Shown here: in pieces, positions 1 to 13,680 of the stretch
Layout of the letters: every line of letters starts with the position of its first letter
Position numbering within the stretch: position 1 is the first letter of the stretch
NCBI GenBank assembly: GCA_035084275.1
Contig: CM068759.1
Location: 9,176,001 to 9,240,000, forward strand
Source: Hydrolagus colliei
Lineage: Eukaryota
Reading direction: 5' to 3'
DNA: 64,000 nucleotides
Translations under genes and position numbers: made by a program
The notes under the pieces: model-generated
What the model was told of the DNA's origin: nothing
Seen by the model: only the letters and a program-made list of their open reading frames with translations
Databases searched by the model: none

Positions 1-464
1 TCAAAGCTTAATAATAGAAGTAAAGTGGGACTCTAACCTTTAACAGCAAGCCTGTTACTGTTTGTTACGTGTCAGTTGACAGATGCACCATCAACTTTAC
101 CCTCCCCTTATTCGACGGTTAAAGACTATCAAAGATAGCTTGTCCTTCAGAGCTGGGATTACAGCAGATTCAGTCACTGGCTCAATACGCAACACAAATT
201 CTCGAGATGTAATAATCAAGCAGCTTATGATGACAGTGCTAAGTAGTTTTAATTCTTTGATTGTTTATCAGTGTGAAGTTACTTAGGTCTTGTTTTAACT
301 CATTTGCTCCTGAATGAGTAAGTTTCTGCATCAAACTCTTTGGCCCTGCTGGAAGACACCAGGTGGCATTGTACTTGCAGCTGTGCACTAGATGCACAAC
401 GGGAATTTTATTTACTGAGTGGGGAGTTTGGTTTTCATTCAAGCATTAAAATTCCTACAAAGTT

Positions 465-575
465 TTGCCCACAAATATATGGTTAATTCACTTCACAGTA
501 TATTCTGTGAGATGCTTTGAGACGTGTTGAAGATGTGAGAAGGCGCCAGATCAAATGCAAGAATTATTATTATTA
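465..575 (+). mobile_element. SINE family A 3' fragment
   Basis: CCCACAAATAT...TCAAATGCAAGAATTATTATTATT. Confidence 0.8.
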
Positions 576-959
576 TAAAAAGACGATGCTAAACATGGCG
601 AGGGGGGTAGAGTGCTGCTTCCTAACACTGCCGTATGTTTTGCTCAGTGTTTGCACAAACATTGGTAAAAAGGAGAATTGCTTCACGGGGAATTGATTGC
701 AAGTGTAGTGACTGTGTGTTTGTGGATTGACAGATCATCATAATTACAAGAGTTGCGTGATCAAAGGGTGTGCGCTTAGTTTGGAAGCTGGAAAATAAAG
801 AGATACTCAAAGCTTGAAAAGATCCACTGTGCTTGCACTGTTGAGGAGATTAAGTCAATATATCAATGCAAAACAGCAAATGCTACTTTAAAAATTGTTT
901 TAATAACCTCTTATATGTATTGTATGTGTGTGTATTACCTTGGTGTTTTAACATTTCAG

Positions 960-1182
960 CTACTACGCCCCGAAACTCTGGAACACTCTCTCTTTATCCC
1001 CCCTCCACCTTCAGGTCACCTCTTGGCCCAATTTCAAGACGGGCCTGACGATATTCTTCTTCGACCGTGCCTACTGTCATCTCCTCCCTCTGACGGGCTT
1101 GGTGTCGTGCTCTGCCACTATCAGGCGCTCTGGGATGCCTACCCTGCCTGAGGGGCACTATTTATAAACGCAACCTGTTGTT
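960..1182 (+). mobile_element. L2 LINE 3' end, older subfamily
   Basis: CTCTGGAACACTCTC (LWNTL) ORF2 end and ...TATAAACGCAACCTGTTGTT tail. Confidence 0.65.
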
Positions 1183-2269
1183 TTAAGTGCTCCAGTGAGC
1201 CAATAAATGCATTTAAATCCAAGCCCTTTTGGTTTTGAAACCACAAGCTTTTTGTGGATTGTCCAGTACAATGTAATAGCAATCAGGTAAATTAATCAGC
1301 ACACAGACCAGAATATTTTGCAGAGTGTAGAATTTAATCAGCATAACCATCAGGCAGCAAAGCAAAGTGTTGTTCTCTCTATATGTAGAGATAAGACGAT
1401 TGAAATTGGGGCTGAATTGAAAGTGCGGCTGCGTCAGTGTAATAAACAGGACTGAAACTGCTGAAGCAGCTAAGAAGAGAAATAAACCCATACTTGGTCA
1501 GCATGTTGAAGGCATTAGCTTTATAATGGAGCATCTGCAACTCTGAGACAGAAATCTCTGACAACCAACAGCGAAATGGGTTTTCTATCAGATGGACTGG
1601 AAGATGAAAAATCTTTAACATAAGAATTGACTGTGTTGCTCGCTCACTCTGTAAGTGCCTCTTCTATCAGCTAACTATTGTGCTGCATGTGTACAATATG
1701 ATACAAGCCGTCTTTTTCTGGGGGGAAAAAAAAATCAGTCTGGTACCGAAGCAAGTCATTGAGCTCAACTAGTCCAAGTTGAAATTTAAACTCCACGTGG
1801 GTAAGTTTCAACCTAATTTCCGAGGAAAGGCTGATATGTAACGGAAGCTTGAGAACCGAGTGGCTGGAACTGGGATGGAACTGAACACATCTATATTTAA
1901 TTTTACACATTTCTCGACATTCAAAACAGACGTTACACAGCATACAACGTGCATAGGAGTAGAATTTATACTCACACCTGCAGAACCCCTTTGCTGAAGT
2001 AAACTAAATTACTAAACATAGAGCTCCGGAACATTACCCGCGTGCAGGGCGCTATCTAATTGCAAAGCGTGGTTGTTTCTCTACTGACCCTCAGCCCTAC
2101 ACACAGAGAGAATCCTCAATGTTGATTTAATGCTTAACTGTTTAATTATTTTTGCAGAGATATATTTGCACAGATTTTTCAAGTTCGTCCAGGTTACAGC
2201 TTCGCTTCCAGCCCTGCCATGTTAATGCCGTATTAATGTTTCGGTAACTAAAAGGAGTCCAAACTAACT

Positions 2270-2420
2270 AATAATCATAATAATGCCTGCATTGGATACA
2301 ACGCCTTATCACATCGTTGAGATGCCTCAAAGCACTTCACAGAATGTACTGTAAAGTGAATTGCTTGGGCAGCCAATTATGCACAGCAATGTCCCACAAA
2401 CAGTCGTGGATTGAGTGAGT
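2270..2420 (-). mobile_element. SINE family A 3' fragment
   Basis: Reverse complement of tail and core. Confidence 0.8.
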
Positions 2421-2937
2421 ATTTATTGTAATGCTGTAATAACAATTATTTTATCCAAACCTAACGATAATTCGAATACAAAGACAGTATAAAAGGACCG
2501 TATAAAAGGACAGTCGGAAGAACGGGAGAAAAACATCTGTTACAACAATGTGAACGGCCTAGCTGCAATGACAAAATACTTAACTGATTAACTGCTTGCG
2601 CTGAAGATCTGAAGGGAGTCCCTACTCTCATAGAAAAACAAAAACTCTCGAGCCTCTGGGTTTTACATGATTCAATAAAATATTTGTAGAAAATTTACTG
2701 GATCTGTCACGTAAACCCGTTAAAGCAGAAGTTGCTAACATCTCGCCTGATGGAAATCAGTGAATACACTGGAGAAATATGCCTGCAACAACCTAAGGGT
2801 TAGGCTACTTTTGAACATGTTTCCCAGGAATAGGTGGGTAAAGAGGCCTCGAGGGAAAGGTTTTTAAAGACCTCTCGCCCTCTAACGGCCTTTCGCCCTC
2901 TAACATCTTTAAAAACCTCTCACTCCAAACAAGCCCC

Positions 2938-3072
2938 AGTTCTGACGAAGGGTTGTAGACCCGAAACATTGACTCTTTTTTGTTTCTCCATGGATGCTGC
3001 TTGACCTGCTGAGTTTCCCCAGCAACTTCTGTTTTTGATTCAGATTCCCAGCATCTGTAGTATTTTGTGTTT
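2938..3072 (+). mobile_element. Penelope-like element terminal fragment with minimal hammerhead ribozyme motif
   Basis: AGTT-CTGACGA-A-GGGT/ACCC-GAAA-CATT-GACT at 2938-2974, followed by ...GATGCTGCTTGACCTGCTGAGTTTCCCCAGCA...; homologous to 20472-20571. Confidence 0.75.
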
Positions 3073-3079
3073 AGTAAAT

Positions 3080-3165
3080 ATGTGGAACAGTCTCCCAAAG
3101 GAAACGTGGAAGCAGAAAGTGTCGATTCTTTCAAAAGAAAATTGGACTTCTTTTTGGAAATAATA
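3080..3165 (+). mobile_element. CR1 ORF2 C-terminal fragment
   Basis: WNSLPKE.. then DSFKRKLDFFLE, with a frameshift. Confidence 0.65.
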
Positions 3166-4177
3166 TTCCTTGGTCTTCTTTTGTCTGGCAAATCTTCTTA
3201 TAAATAGTCCACTCAGAACACTTAAAGATGGAATTATATTGCATACTTAACATCAGTCTATGTGGGAAAAATGCAAAATTGATTGGATATAAGTGGGACT
3301 CAAGGGCTGGGTTATATCTGAACTATTTGTAAAATAATAATGATAATAATAATCCTTGCATGTGATATTGTGCCTTATTTTATTTTATTTGCAATGCCTC
3401 AATATTTACATATATAAACCTAAAATATATATCTCAGGATTTGCGAATCGAAATGTAGATTTTAGAAGGTCGCTTAACTTACATTCAATGCTCAGTGTTG
3501 AGTAACACGCTCTGTATTACAATCTCATATTTAAAGTGTGAGTTAAGTAAAAAGCTAACAATTTCTCTATAATGTGATCCTCTCTATGGTAATATAGTTA
3601 TCTAATCACTGCTGCAATATCAAATATGTGTGTATGTGTTTGTGTGGTCGGTGGTGGGGCAAGAAGGACTGATTTTCTTTTAAAATATTGGTGAACTTTT
3701 ATTTTACATTTGGGATGTCAGAGGACTGAGGGCAAGGTTTTGTAATATACTTACAAGGTTGTTTTGCTTGAGTTTAACTTTAATAATGCTATCATTCTAC
3801 ATGACTGTGGCTTGACCCGATTTTATCTTGCCATGATGCCCACAGGAACACTATCTATATTAACTTCCCCCAAAAGATAATTGAATCACCGCGATGGTGT
3901 GACCTACTACCGTTTCCTTTGACCGCTAATTCTCAATTACAATATTCTGTAGCCACTTGTAGGCATGAAATGTGCAGGATTGCTTAATGCATTCCTGAAT
4001 GCATATTAGATTTTTACACTGATCAAATTTGTTGGCTGATCAAATTGAATCTCACTTAAAGAGTATGGAGGAAACTTGGGTGGGAATATTTCCAGGGAGC
4101 GATTACAAGGAAACAATTAATTGAGACAACTGACAGATGAATTATGAATCATTACTAACTAATCATGCATCATGTTG

Positions 4178-4330
4178 TGGGGTATGTCAGATTGGCTCAC
4201 TTGGTAGAAGCTTTGTCTCTAGATCAGAGGGTTGTGTGGTTCAAGCCCCAATGTTGGGGACTTTGGGCTCACAGTCAATCTCGGCTGACACTCCAGTGTA
4301 GCGCTGGGCAGGCCTGCATTGTTGTAAGTG
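4178..4330 (+). mobile_element. Older Deu-SINE 5' part
   Basis: TGGCTCACTTGGTAG..GGTTCAAGCCCCA..GGCTGACACTCCAGTG. Related pieces at 10880-11160(-), 18815-18990(+), 31030-31170(-), 37500-37670(-), 44520-44670(+). Confidence 0.65.
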
Positions 4331-6479
4331 TAGATGCTCGAAGCCAGTATAAAACTGGTAGATTACAGAAAAGGACAGAGATCAAGCAAAGTTTTGACTT
4401 CAAAGCTAGTGAGTCAGTCCCAGTCTGTTGGCTGCCAGGAAACTACAATTGGGAGCTTTCGAGTTCCTTTAATCTCAAGCCTTGAGATCTAAACCCCAGT
4501 AGTAATGAAAGATAGACAATGCAGTTATGGCAAAGTACCGATGCAAGGCTTCTTGGAGTAATGGATCTCAAGGGAATTGCGTTACACGGAATTCTCTTCC
4601 GGTTCCATTGAACAGCTGATGAGAGAAATCTCTGCCTCAATGAACATTAATTAGAACAATTAGGCTCAATTTGCTTAACAATTCTTTACATTTTCCAAAT
4701 ACAAGACTGGAAAAATCAGGGATATGTTTTTTTCTTTATTTTCCCCTCCCCCTAAATCAGTCGTTACGGTCTTTACATTGTGTAGTTCCCCAGATTGGAT
4801 ACAAGTCAAATGAACAGTTAAAAAAAAGTCTCGCGTCTGCAGTTCCTATCCCTGGATACATTATCAAGCGCATTATCCATTTGTCCACTGTTCTCCATTT
4901 CAAGAAGTCTTTACAGTCAGCACTTTGCACAGGCTCCCAAACGCAATACAAAACAGCCACATGCTGCACATTTCAGCAGGCAGGCCTATTCCCAACACTT
5001 CTGTCAATCAACTGGGAAAAACATGAATACCAGTTAAACGGAACACTCAGAAACCCATAATTCAAACCTAGACTTTTCATTCAAACAGATTTTGTAACAT
5101 CAAACCTATGAAAGAAATTAAGCATCAATTGATTTGTAAAAACAGTAATCCTTGCATTTGATATAGTGCCTTATTATGTCATTGAGATGCATCAAAGCGC
5201 TTTACAGAAGTGGCTTTGCTTCGTCTGTGTTCTTTATTTTGTTCCCACTGCTGCTTGGCTACACACGGCCACCAGGTGTACCTGCAGCGATAAACTGACA
5301 TACATTTAGAACATAACTCATGAACAATAGGATGTACCCAAAAAAGAAATATGCCCATGTCACTCCCAGGTGCAAGATCTTTCTGATGGGATACAAATTA
5401 TGACTCTATGTCAATTACTTATTGAGATAGATTCGTCTTGAAGTGCATCCTGACATGGTTGTTGTTTTAGTAATATAAGACAGAGAGAAGCAGATTATCC
5501 TAAAATTTCAGAGGGTATGCAATTTGACAAATTGTTCAATTCCATTTTAATATTGAAACCCATTTTCTGTCATTCTTGTAAGAAAAATACAGGAAATCAA
5601 CTTCAAATAAATCTGACAAATTAAAAAGTTGACAAATTCTGGAATCTGAAAAAGGCTTGCTAATAAAATAATTGTAGAAATTTTACTTGTGAAATTTTAC
5701 TCCTGCAGATTACTAATCCCTTTTGCAATTTAGTTAAAATTCACATCCGCTTAATCTAAAAATTCACTTTTTATTCACTCCACAATTGTAAATCTTTCCC
5801 TGTAACTTTGCAGATTTTTTTTAAATGCCAATTTTTGTTCCTTTTATATTGAGAGAATTGTGACAGTGCTTCTAGTGTCTGAAGAGGAAACTGGATTAGG
5901 TATCAGGCCGACTCTATTGTTTTTTCACAGGTATTTTCCCATTACCATGAATGAAGGCACAAATATGCTGCAGTCTGAATGTGTGGAATCCCTTTTATGA
6001 TCCAAGATGCTCGATTTGACAGTACAGTATCATGAAATACTTGCTTAGTCAACAGCCATAACCCTGGTGACATGATATCAGTAACATAGCAGAGCTAACA
6101 TTTATAGCTACTATATGAGGTTGGTTTAAAGATGGGAGTATATCAATTTGACATCAGTTATCCACCCCACAGCCAAACAGCACAGGATAAAACACACTTT
6201 TTACATTTCGATCAGCAGACAATTGATGGAAATCTAAATCTGCAATAAACAGGCCATCATTTTGAATTACTGATACCTGGTTGGGTTACCACTTTAAATA
6301 CAATAAAATGGATTGCAATAACTTTGGGTTTCACTGCACTTGTATTTAATGTACAAGCCACTTTTAATATCTTCTTTGGAGCTCTACTTTATTATTTAAC
6401 CCTGAGGTTAAAGTTTCAGAATGGGCATTTTACCTTATTTATTTAACTTATAAACTTATTTATCAGGATATCAGATTTA

Positions 6480-6880
6480 ACGCTTGGTCCAGTTGGTAAC
6501 AAATTGTCTCTTGGTGACAAAGTTGTGGGTACAAGCCCCATGTCAAGTAATTGAGTTCACTATCTAGGCTGAACTTGCAATAGGGTAACACTGCAATGTC
6601 ACAGGCGCTGGCCTATGGATGAACCATTAAACTGAGACCCTGTTAACCTATTCACGTAGATATTAAAGATCCCATGGCACTGTTTAAAAATAGAAGGGAG
6701 ATATTCCCCTAGATAATATTGTTCACTTCATGGCCATTTGTGGGACATTGCTGAGCACAAATTAGTTGCTGCAGTCGCCTATAAACATGAATTTACTATA
6801 CTTTACATTTGTTCAAATTGGCTGCCATTTAGCCTACACTTTACAAGGAATCCTGTGTAGTGTTTTATGACATCCTCATA
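6480..6880 (+). mobile_element. Older Deu-domain SINE (SacSINE1/AmnSINE-like), near full length
   Basis: Degenerate tRNA head, AAAGATCCCATGGCACTGTTT and TTTGTGGGACATTGCTG..AAATTAGTTGCTGC Deu-like segments; family name from recall. Confidence 0.65.
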
Positions 6881-7214
6881 ATATGCGGGGAGTTACACCA
6901 AATACAAGCACTAATATTCATAAGGGGCTAAATCGAATGCAAAGTTTAATGGTAAAGTCTATTTAAAGATTGAATTTCAGTTTTGCTTAAGCAGCCAGTG
7001 CTGACATATCCACACAAGTGTCTTGGAGGAGTTACCATTCCTGGTAATGTGAGGGATCTGGATTAACAAGCACAGCTGAAGTTCTCTTATTATAGTAACC
7101 GCACCTCTCGTGTTAAGTCAATTTCCTTGGTATCAATTCCATGCCAGGTGCTCAGGGGACATTTAGCTCTTAAACAAAGACATTGAAAACTAATTGGATA
7201 CAAATTTGAAAAAA

Positions 7215-7512
7215 AATGGCAGAGATTAACATAGCCGAGACCCTCGTCCACACTTTCATCATCTCTTGCCCTCCCTGCCCAGCTCCACTATATGCAAAAC
7301 TATTTCAAAACTCTGCCACCGATATATTCACCCGCTCTAAATTCCGTATTCCTATCACAAATGCCTTCATACCCTACTTCTCCGTACCTCTCCGACCTGC
7401 TTGCTCCCGATCCACCAACTTCCAGCTTCATTCAATTGACTCTGGCCTGCTTATTGTCCCTTGTCCCCTCCACTTCGCCATCGGTGGTCTTGCTTTCAGC
7501 CACTCCACCCCC
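7215..7512 (+). mobile_element. L2 ORF2 C-terminal remnant
   Basis: AETLVHTFIIS...KLFQNSA...FAIGGLAFS resembles the L2 ORF2 C-terminus. Confidence 0.7.
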
Positions 7513-8134
7513 AAATAATAATAATAATACTTGCATTTGATATAGCGCAAATCCTTGAAACTCTCCCCCTCAATCCCTCGGCATTGCCCCATTTCCCTAT
7601 AAGTTATTTAGGCCTCATGAGATCAGAATTACCTTACAGCTTGTTTTAGATTTCAGGTCCTTATTAACAGAGGCAAAACGAAAAATAGCAATTCTACCTC
7701 CCCGTGAATCCAGAAGCTGTTTATTTTTCAGTGTCATTATTTTTTTCAAGGATTTCAAGGAGCAACACATTGCTCTGTGTTTGATTATTCTTGGCTATTT
7801 GTGTTTGGAGGCTTACAAGTCCTGAATCCCTTGCGATGTGTTTGTGGTAATGAAAGCAGCAAATTTGGCTGCAGAGAGTTGGTATCGAACCAGCGTTGGC
7901 TCCGTTTGCTGTTCCTTCCTCTACTTTTATTGGTGCAGTTTTGATGCACTTTGGAAACAATTGATTAAAACAAATTAGAAGTAGAGAAAGCCATATCAAG
8001 TGTTTTATCCCAAAAAAAAGCTGCTTTTCAGCCCATCTTTCTGAAGGGATTTTGTATATGAGTTTGAGATGCTGCAGCTTGATCAGCATTCATGACTTTC
8101 TTTGCAGGGACACAGCATTGAAAGTGCGTTTACA

Positions 8135-8545
8135 TCAACATCAGCAAAATTGTATTTGTGTAGCGGCTTTCGTGTCGGGAGGATGCCCCAAGGCCCTGGA
8201 CAGACAATGTTTTGGACCTGAGCTGAAGACCGGGATTGGAGAGGGTGTAGAGCGCAATGGGGGAAGTAGGGTGATCAAAGGCACTGTCGAAGAGGAGGGT
8301 CTTGAGACAGGACTTGAAGGAGGCAAGGGAAGGGGCTAGGCAGAGGGACTGTAGAATGGAGTTCCAGAGGGTGAGATCAGAGTGGCTGAATGTCCACCCA
8401 CCAATGATGGGGTGAGTGAGGTGGGGGACGTGAAGCAAGCCAGAGCTCGCTGAACGGAGAGTAGCGGGTAGGATGATAGGACTGTAGGAGGTCTCAGAGG
8501 TAGGGGAGAAGCAAACCCATGCAGGGCTATGAAGATGAGGACCAA
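8135..8545 (-). mobile_element. L2 LINE 3' end (family B, (GTT)n tail)
   Basis: IGGWTFS...TLWNSILQSLCLAPSLASFKSCLKTLLF. Confidence 0.9.
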
Positions 8546-9466
8546 TGTAAAACCTGCATTATATACTGCTGCATGGGAGTGGGAATGCGGTAATGCAGTC
8601 TCTGATCAATGTAGATTGTGCGCAACTTGTGAATGCATTGGGAGGAGACAGTTCAATATCTCGGGTAGGGGGTGGGGGGAAGCTTAATAACACATTTGGA
8701 AATAACAGATACTATTTGCTGAACAGGTATCTGGCTTCTCTTAATTCTAGTGTTTAGTTATAATGGTAATGACAAGGGAGTTTCCCTCTCTCTGGCTAAC
8801 AATGTTATATTGCGATATTGTTATTCACATAGAGCATTATTCATATAATTCATTACACCTTGCATTTGATATAGCACCCTATCACATTGTCAAGACATCT
8901 CAAAGCACTTCACAGGCTATATTGTGTATAAACTGTGTAAAGTTGGTTGACTGTATACTCTCTGGGCTAAACACTCATCTTTTGGGAGAGGTGAATTTTG
9001 GAAATCCCAGAGAAAAATCTCTGGTTGGGCTAAGCAGGGTATCCCAGTATGTTCCAGGGCAAAGCTTTTCACAAGCTGCGGCTGAGCAACAGGAATAGCT
9101 CTCATCTTGTATGTTGCACAGGAGATTACACACACTCACACACACACCTCAGCGGGTGCTGTCTCTGTAGCATCAAATCTATTCCCTCACTTGGGATTCC
9201 CTACACTTGCCAGCTGTTTGCTGGATTCATCCGATTCCTTCGTCAGAATCAATTTCAGCTATTTCCACACCTGCTTGGTGATTAGATAATGCGCATGAAT
9301 TTACACCCAGAAGCGTGGTGGCCAACAGTTCACAGTGACCTAACTTAAAAAAAATGCAGAATGCTCAAAATTCATAGCAGTGAACAGATATCTGGGCATG
9401 ATAAATTTATTCTTTGGCAAACAAACCAATCTGCAGGCTGTGGTGAAAGCCATTAAAGTACATTAT

Positions 9467-9580
9467 CATAGAATCATAGAGCTCTGAAGGAAGACATTCC
9501 ATTGTGTCAGTGCTGGCTCTTTGAAAAGTGCTATCCAAATCAATCCCACTTCCCTGCTGTATTCCCATAGTCCTGCAAAC
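9467..9580 (-). mobile_element. CR1 3' end, second subfamily
   Basis: CATAGAATCATAGA tail; similar to 48100-48225. Confidence 0.55.
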
Positions 9581-11533
9581 TACACAAATTACACTAGAAG
9601 ACTCGGGCTGGTAGAATCATTCTATAGTCCATTTGTCTTGTTTATCTTTTGGGCTGTTAACAGTCCATCCCTGAATGAGAGACAGAAGAAAAAACATTGT
9701 TGCATTCAGACCTGAGAGGGTCTTGGGCTAGGTTCAATGAATAGTTGAGTTGATCCAGGAACCAGGATGACCCAGGACCGGTGCTGTTGGTGTGATTATC
9801 GGCCTTGGGGAGGGGGCAATCTTGACCAAGGGTTTCTACAGAACAATTGGTGACCAAAGTCAAATCAATATCAACTCAAATTTGTAGAGCTCCTTTCACG
9901 TGGGATGAACATTCTGAAGTGCTTCTCAAAGATGGGAAATGGCTGCTGTGTTCGCTTACAAATGTTCAATCACTGTATATCACAGTAAAAATCCTGTGAA
10001 CGGTCTCGTGTTGAAGCACGATCTAAAATGCACGTGTTGTTATTATTATTAACGCTAGGCAGAGAGTTTGAGTTGAAGATCAAATGCACAGTGACTGTGG
10101 ATGTGTGTTTAACACGTGATTGGAGGACGACAGGATGGCTATTGTGAAAGGATGCGATCAGACAGTCTGAAGCATATTCTTCATCAGAACATCTCTTATG
10201 GGGGAAAAAAAGAATTCTTCACTGAAATCTACACTCACTTACCGACTGATTTGAGTGCATCGATAGACCAATGCACTGCCAACCAGGATGCTAGTGATGG
10301 ATTATTACCATACAAAATGCTGCATAGGTCACTTTGGTATAAACTTTACACATGTAACAACTACACAAGGTGATTAAGTGGAAAAAGTAAAGTCTTCACT
10401 AAGTGAACACTCTATTGGTATTCAATGTAGGTTCCATATCCACATGTTCTACATTCTGTACTTCCAAATTTAACCTGTTGTCTGCACAGTGCAGTTTAAC
10501 CACAAGGAATTGATTAATGTCTTGGGCAGTGCATTCAAGATGCTATTTTCCCTCATTGCCATAATTCATCACTCTGCTTGTCTGCGGAAAAAATCTTTTG
10601 ATTCCTTTTTCCCTTCAGCCATTTTGTTTTGATTTCTTCGTCTTTCTGGTTTGCTCAGACGCTTGCCCTGGCAGCAGATGATTATTGCAGAGATGCTTGT
10701 TAACATTCTGAAATGCAGTATTCCACGGAGAAGTCAACAAATTTTTTGTAATTGCAGCAAAATCTACCAAATAAAGTCTAGTTTAGGAAAATTAATTATC
10801 CTTTTTTTTATTGAACAATAATAACGATCTTGCATTTGGTATAGCACCTCATCGTGTCATTGAAATATCTCAGTGTCTTTATAGGGGTCTGTGTAAAGGG
10901 CAATGACATGTGTATTTGTTTGCAAATGCGGCAGTGCGATTGCATAAGTAGCCAGCAGATAAATAACCCCTTTTATCTGGCAAATTGTTAGCTGGAATCA
11001 ACTCCTTCAAGACCTTCAACGCCCACCTGAAAGGGCAATTGGGATCTTGGTTTCAACGTCTAATTAAAAAGTGATGCAGCATTGCACTCACTGGATTGTC
11101 AGCCGAGACTATGAGCTCAAAGGCCCAATGTGGGGCTTGAACCCTCAATGTTTTGAGTGAGGGGTTATTTGTTGCACAGAGAGAGAGAAAATGTGCAGAT
11201 CACACCAGTATTTTGTAAAGATGTTAACAAAATCTTTCCTGTCACCCTGTTGACCTTGGAATCTTTTGTTGTTGGGTTCGTTTGATTTTCTTTAAGATGC
11301 TCTGTTCTGATGTCAGACGAGCTTTGAGATTTATTTCTGTTATTTATCCTGCAGGACACGTTGTACGGTTCTTTTACAGCTCCGATGTGGAGCTGATAGA
11401 TTTTGTGCAGTGGTGCCAAAGTTAGAATGAAAGGGTAAAGACTCCACCATCTAATTTTCTGAGTGCTGTTCGTTAAAATGCTGCTTGGTGTTCTCCTTCA
11501 AACAGTGCGTTTCTCTTTGCGATAATTTTGGCT

Positions 11534-11570
11534 CTGCTGATTTTCCTAGTCTGCTGATTTTCCTAGTCTG
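11534..11570. repeat. Perfect 17-bp tandem duplication
   Basis: CTGCTGATTTTCCTAGT x2. Confidence 0.9.
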
Positions 11571-13479
11571 GTGAGCAAAATAAAAATGTGAATTTTGAAT
11601 AGAAAAAGGTAAAACATGATGGCAAAATTATGTCCTGCTAAAAAAAATTATGAATTATGCATTCTGTTGTAATATTTTCTTTCCTGCGCTGCTTGGACCT
11701 TTTATGGGACATGTTATTTCACCAAGGCAGTTTCTCAAGATTTTAGTGAAGATAAAGCACACTTTGGACAAATATGGAGAGCTTCATCCCTGCTCCATTC
11801 CCTCATCATCGCTGAGCCAAAATCCAGGAGCTCTGTACCCTACCCTGCTTTGGGCCCAGAGGCTGCATTATTTTGGTGCTTCTAGGAATGGGCAATAAAT
11901 CCATAGCAGTTTGTGGGACACTGCTGTACGCATAATATTCTCAGTCAATCCACTTCATGGTATGGCTTTGAGACATCTCGGTGACGTGATAATGTTATAT
12001 CAGATTCAAGGATTCCTACTGTAATGTAGGAATATCTCATTCTACATCTCCTGTTTCTCCTTCCCCCTTCATTGCACAACAACAAAATTACATTTGTAGA
12101 GCACCTTTCACGTCGGGAGGACGTCCCGATTTGCGAGGAAACCTAACCTGACAGTTGATAGACTGATGGAGTTGACACTGAAATAATCGGGGGCATTGTT
12201 TGTAGGGCGAGACTCTGCCTCAACTCAAAACCAAGGCCATAGACGTGACACTGCATCCAAGCGACCGATACCCACAAAACACTCCGTGGAAATGGACATC
12301 CCCTATGTTTGGCAGCATTAGTTTACTGCAAACTTTGTGGGATATGAACCCCAAATGGCATGTCACACAAACCCACCCAGCTAACTGTTTTGCGTCAAAG
12401 AAATCTCTAAGCAATTTTGTAGTTTTTTTGTATGTAGGTTTATCCTCCAAGGCTTGAAAGTAAGCGTTATTGTGCACAAAAATGAGAAAAGTATAGTCAC
12501 TCAAGGGAATAATTTAGTAAGACTGGAAAGTGCTTATATGCAAGCTGGTTCCTGTGGGAGGAACATAGCTGTATTATCAATCCATGAATGATTTCCAAAA
12601 TCAATGTGCTGTATAATTAGGACATTTCAAGGGTAGAAATGTATTAAACTGAATTCAAGCCTCGCTCGGGTACCAAAGACCAAAGACCTTTGTTTTATTT
12701 TGCTCCTGGTTTCCATGTCTTACATGGGTAAGTGAAAGCCTGCATAAAAGTATCCTTAATCACAGCTGTAATTACAATTATGTTTTATTGTACCACACAA
12801 AAAAAACGGTGGCCAGTATTTAATCTGTAGTCCTGTTAGTCAGCAGTAGAGGGCAATCCTGGGAAAATTCAGCATTAGTTCATCTCATTAGCAATTGTAA
12901 ACTCCCAGAAATAAATAGTCCTAACGTCAGCCCCAAAACGAAACAGGGTCTCATACTATGAAACAGACGGCATGAGCCAGGAGGTATGGAAATCTCACTT
13001 GATGAAAGAATGCAGAATCTCATTCAATTCAGATTCCCCTTTGTGATGCTCTGGCTATGCCAAGTTCTTCACTAGATGAGTGTTTTATGATTCCACTCCA
13101 GTCTCTCTCACACTGATGCACTGTAGCTGCAGTATTTGCTGTCTACGGAATGGACTGCAGCAATTTTCCAACCACTCCATGCATTACCTCCCAGTGCTGT
13201 GATATCCAAAAATCTAGAAGACCAAGAGTACAGTTGTTATGAGAAAGCCACCACCTTTATCTTCACCTGTTTTTTCGTCCAGTCGGGTGGGTATCTCATC
13301 ACCATTCTTAAGAGTTTCCAAACCAAATTGAGGATTCCATGCATCCCATCCAGACATGGAAATTCCTGAGATAGATTGTTGGAATAGTCTGGAAAGTATT
13401 AGGTTGACAAGAACCAAGGCTTGGGGACCCCAGAGTGTGCGTTGGGGTAACTGCTGGAGTCTAACCAGCTACCTAGCAT

Positions 13480-13680
13480 TTTCACTTCAGTCACTCACTG
13501 GCCTGACATGGATATATATTGCTATTCCTTTTATTATCTCCAGGTCAAAATCCTGGAGCTCTGTATTACTATTGCTACAACACAGGGACTCCAATTGTTT
13601 AAAGAGAAGAGCCTAACATCACCATCTGAGACGACTAGAGCTGGGGAAATAAACACATCCGAACGATGAGTTAAAAGAAA
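13480..13680 (+). mobile_element. Ancient non-LTR retroelement 3' end
   Basis: TTCC...GTCAAAATCCTGGAGCTCTGTA...GGAAATAAA; second copy at ~11790-11900. Confidence 0.5.

Noticed and set aside
2483-2925. Short tandem duplications (GTATAAAAGGAC x2; TCGCCCTCTAAC x2), also at ~21183, 34668 and 45026
   Set aside because: Two-copy slippage products; no repeat-spacer array, so not CRISPR-like
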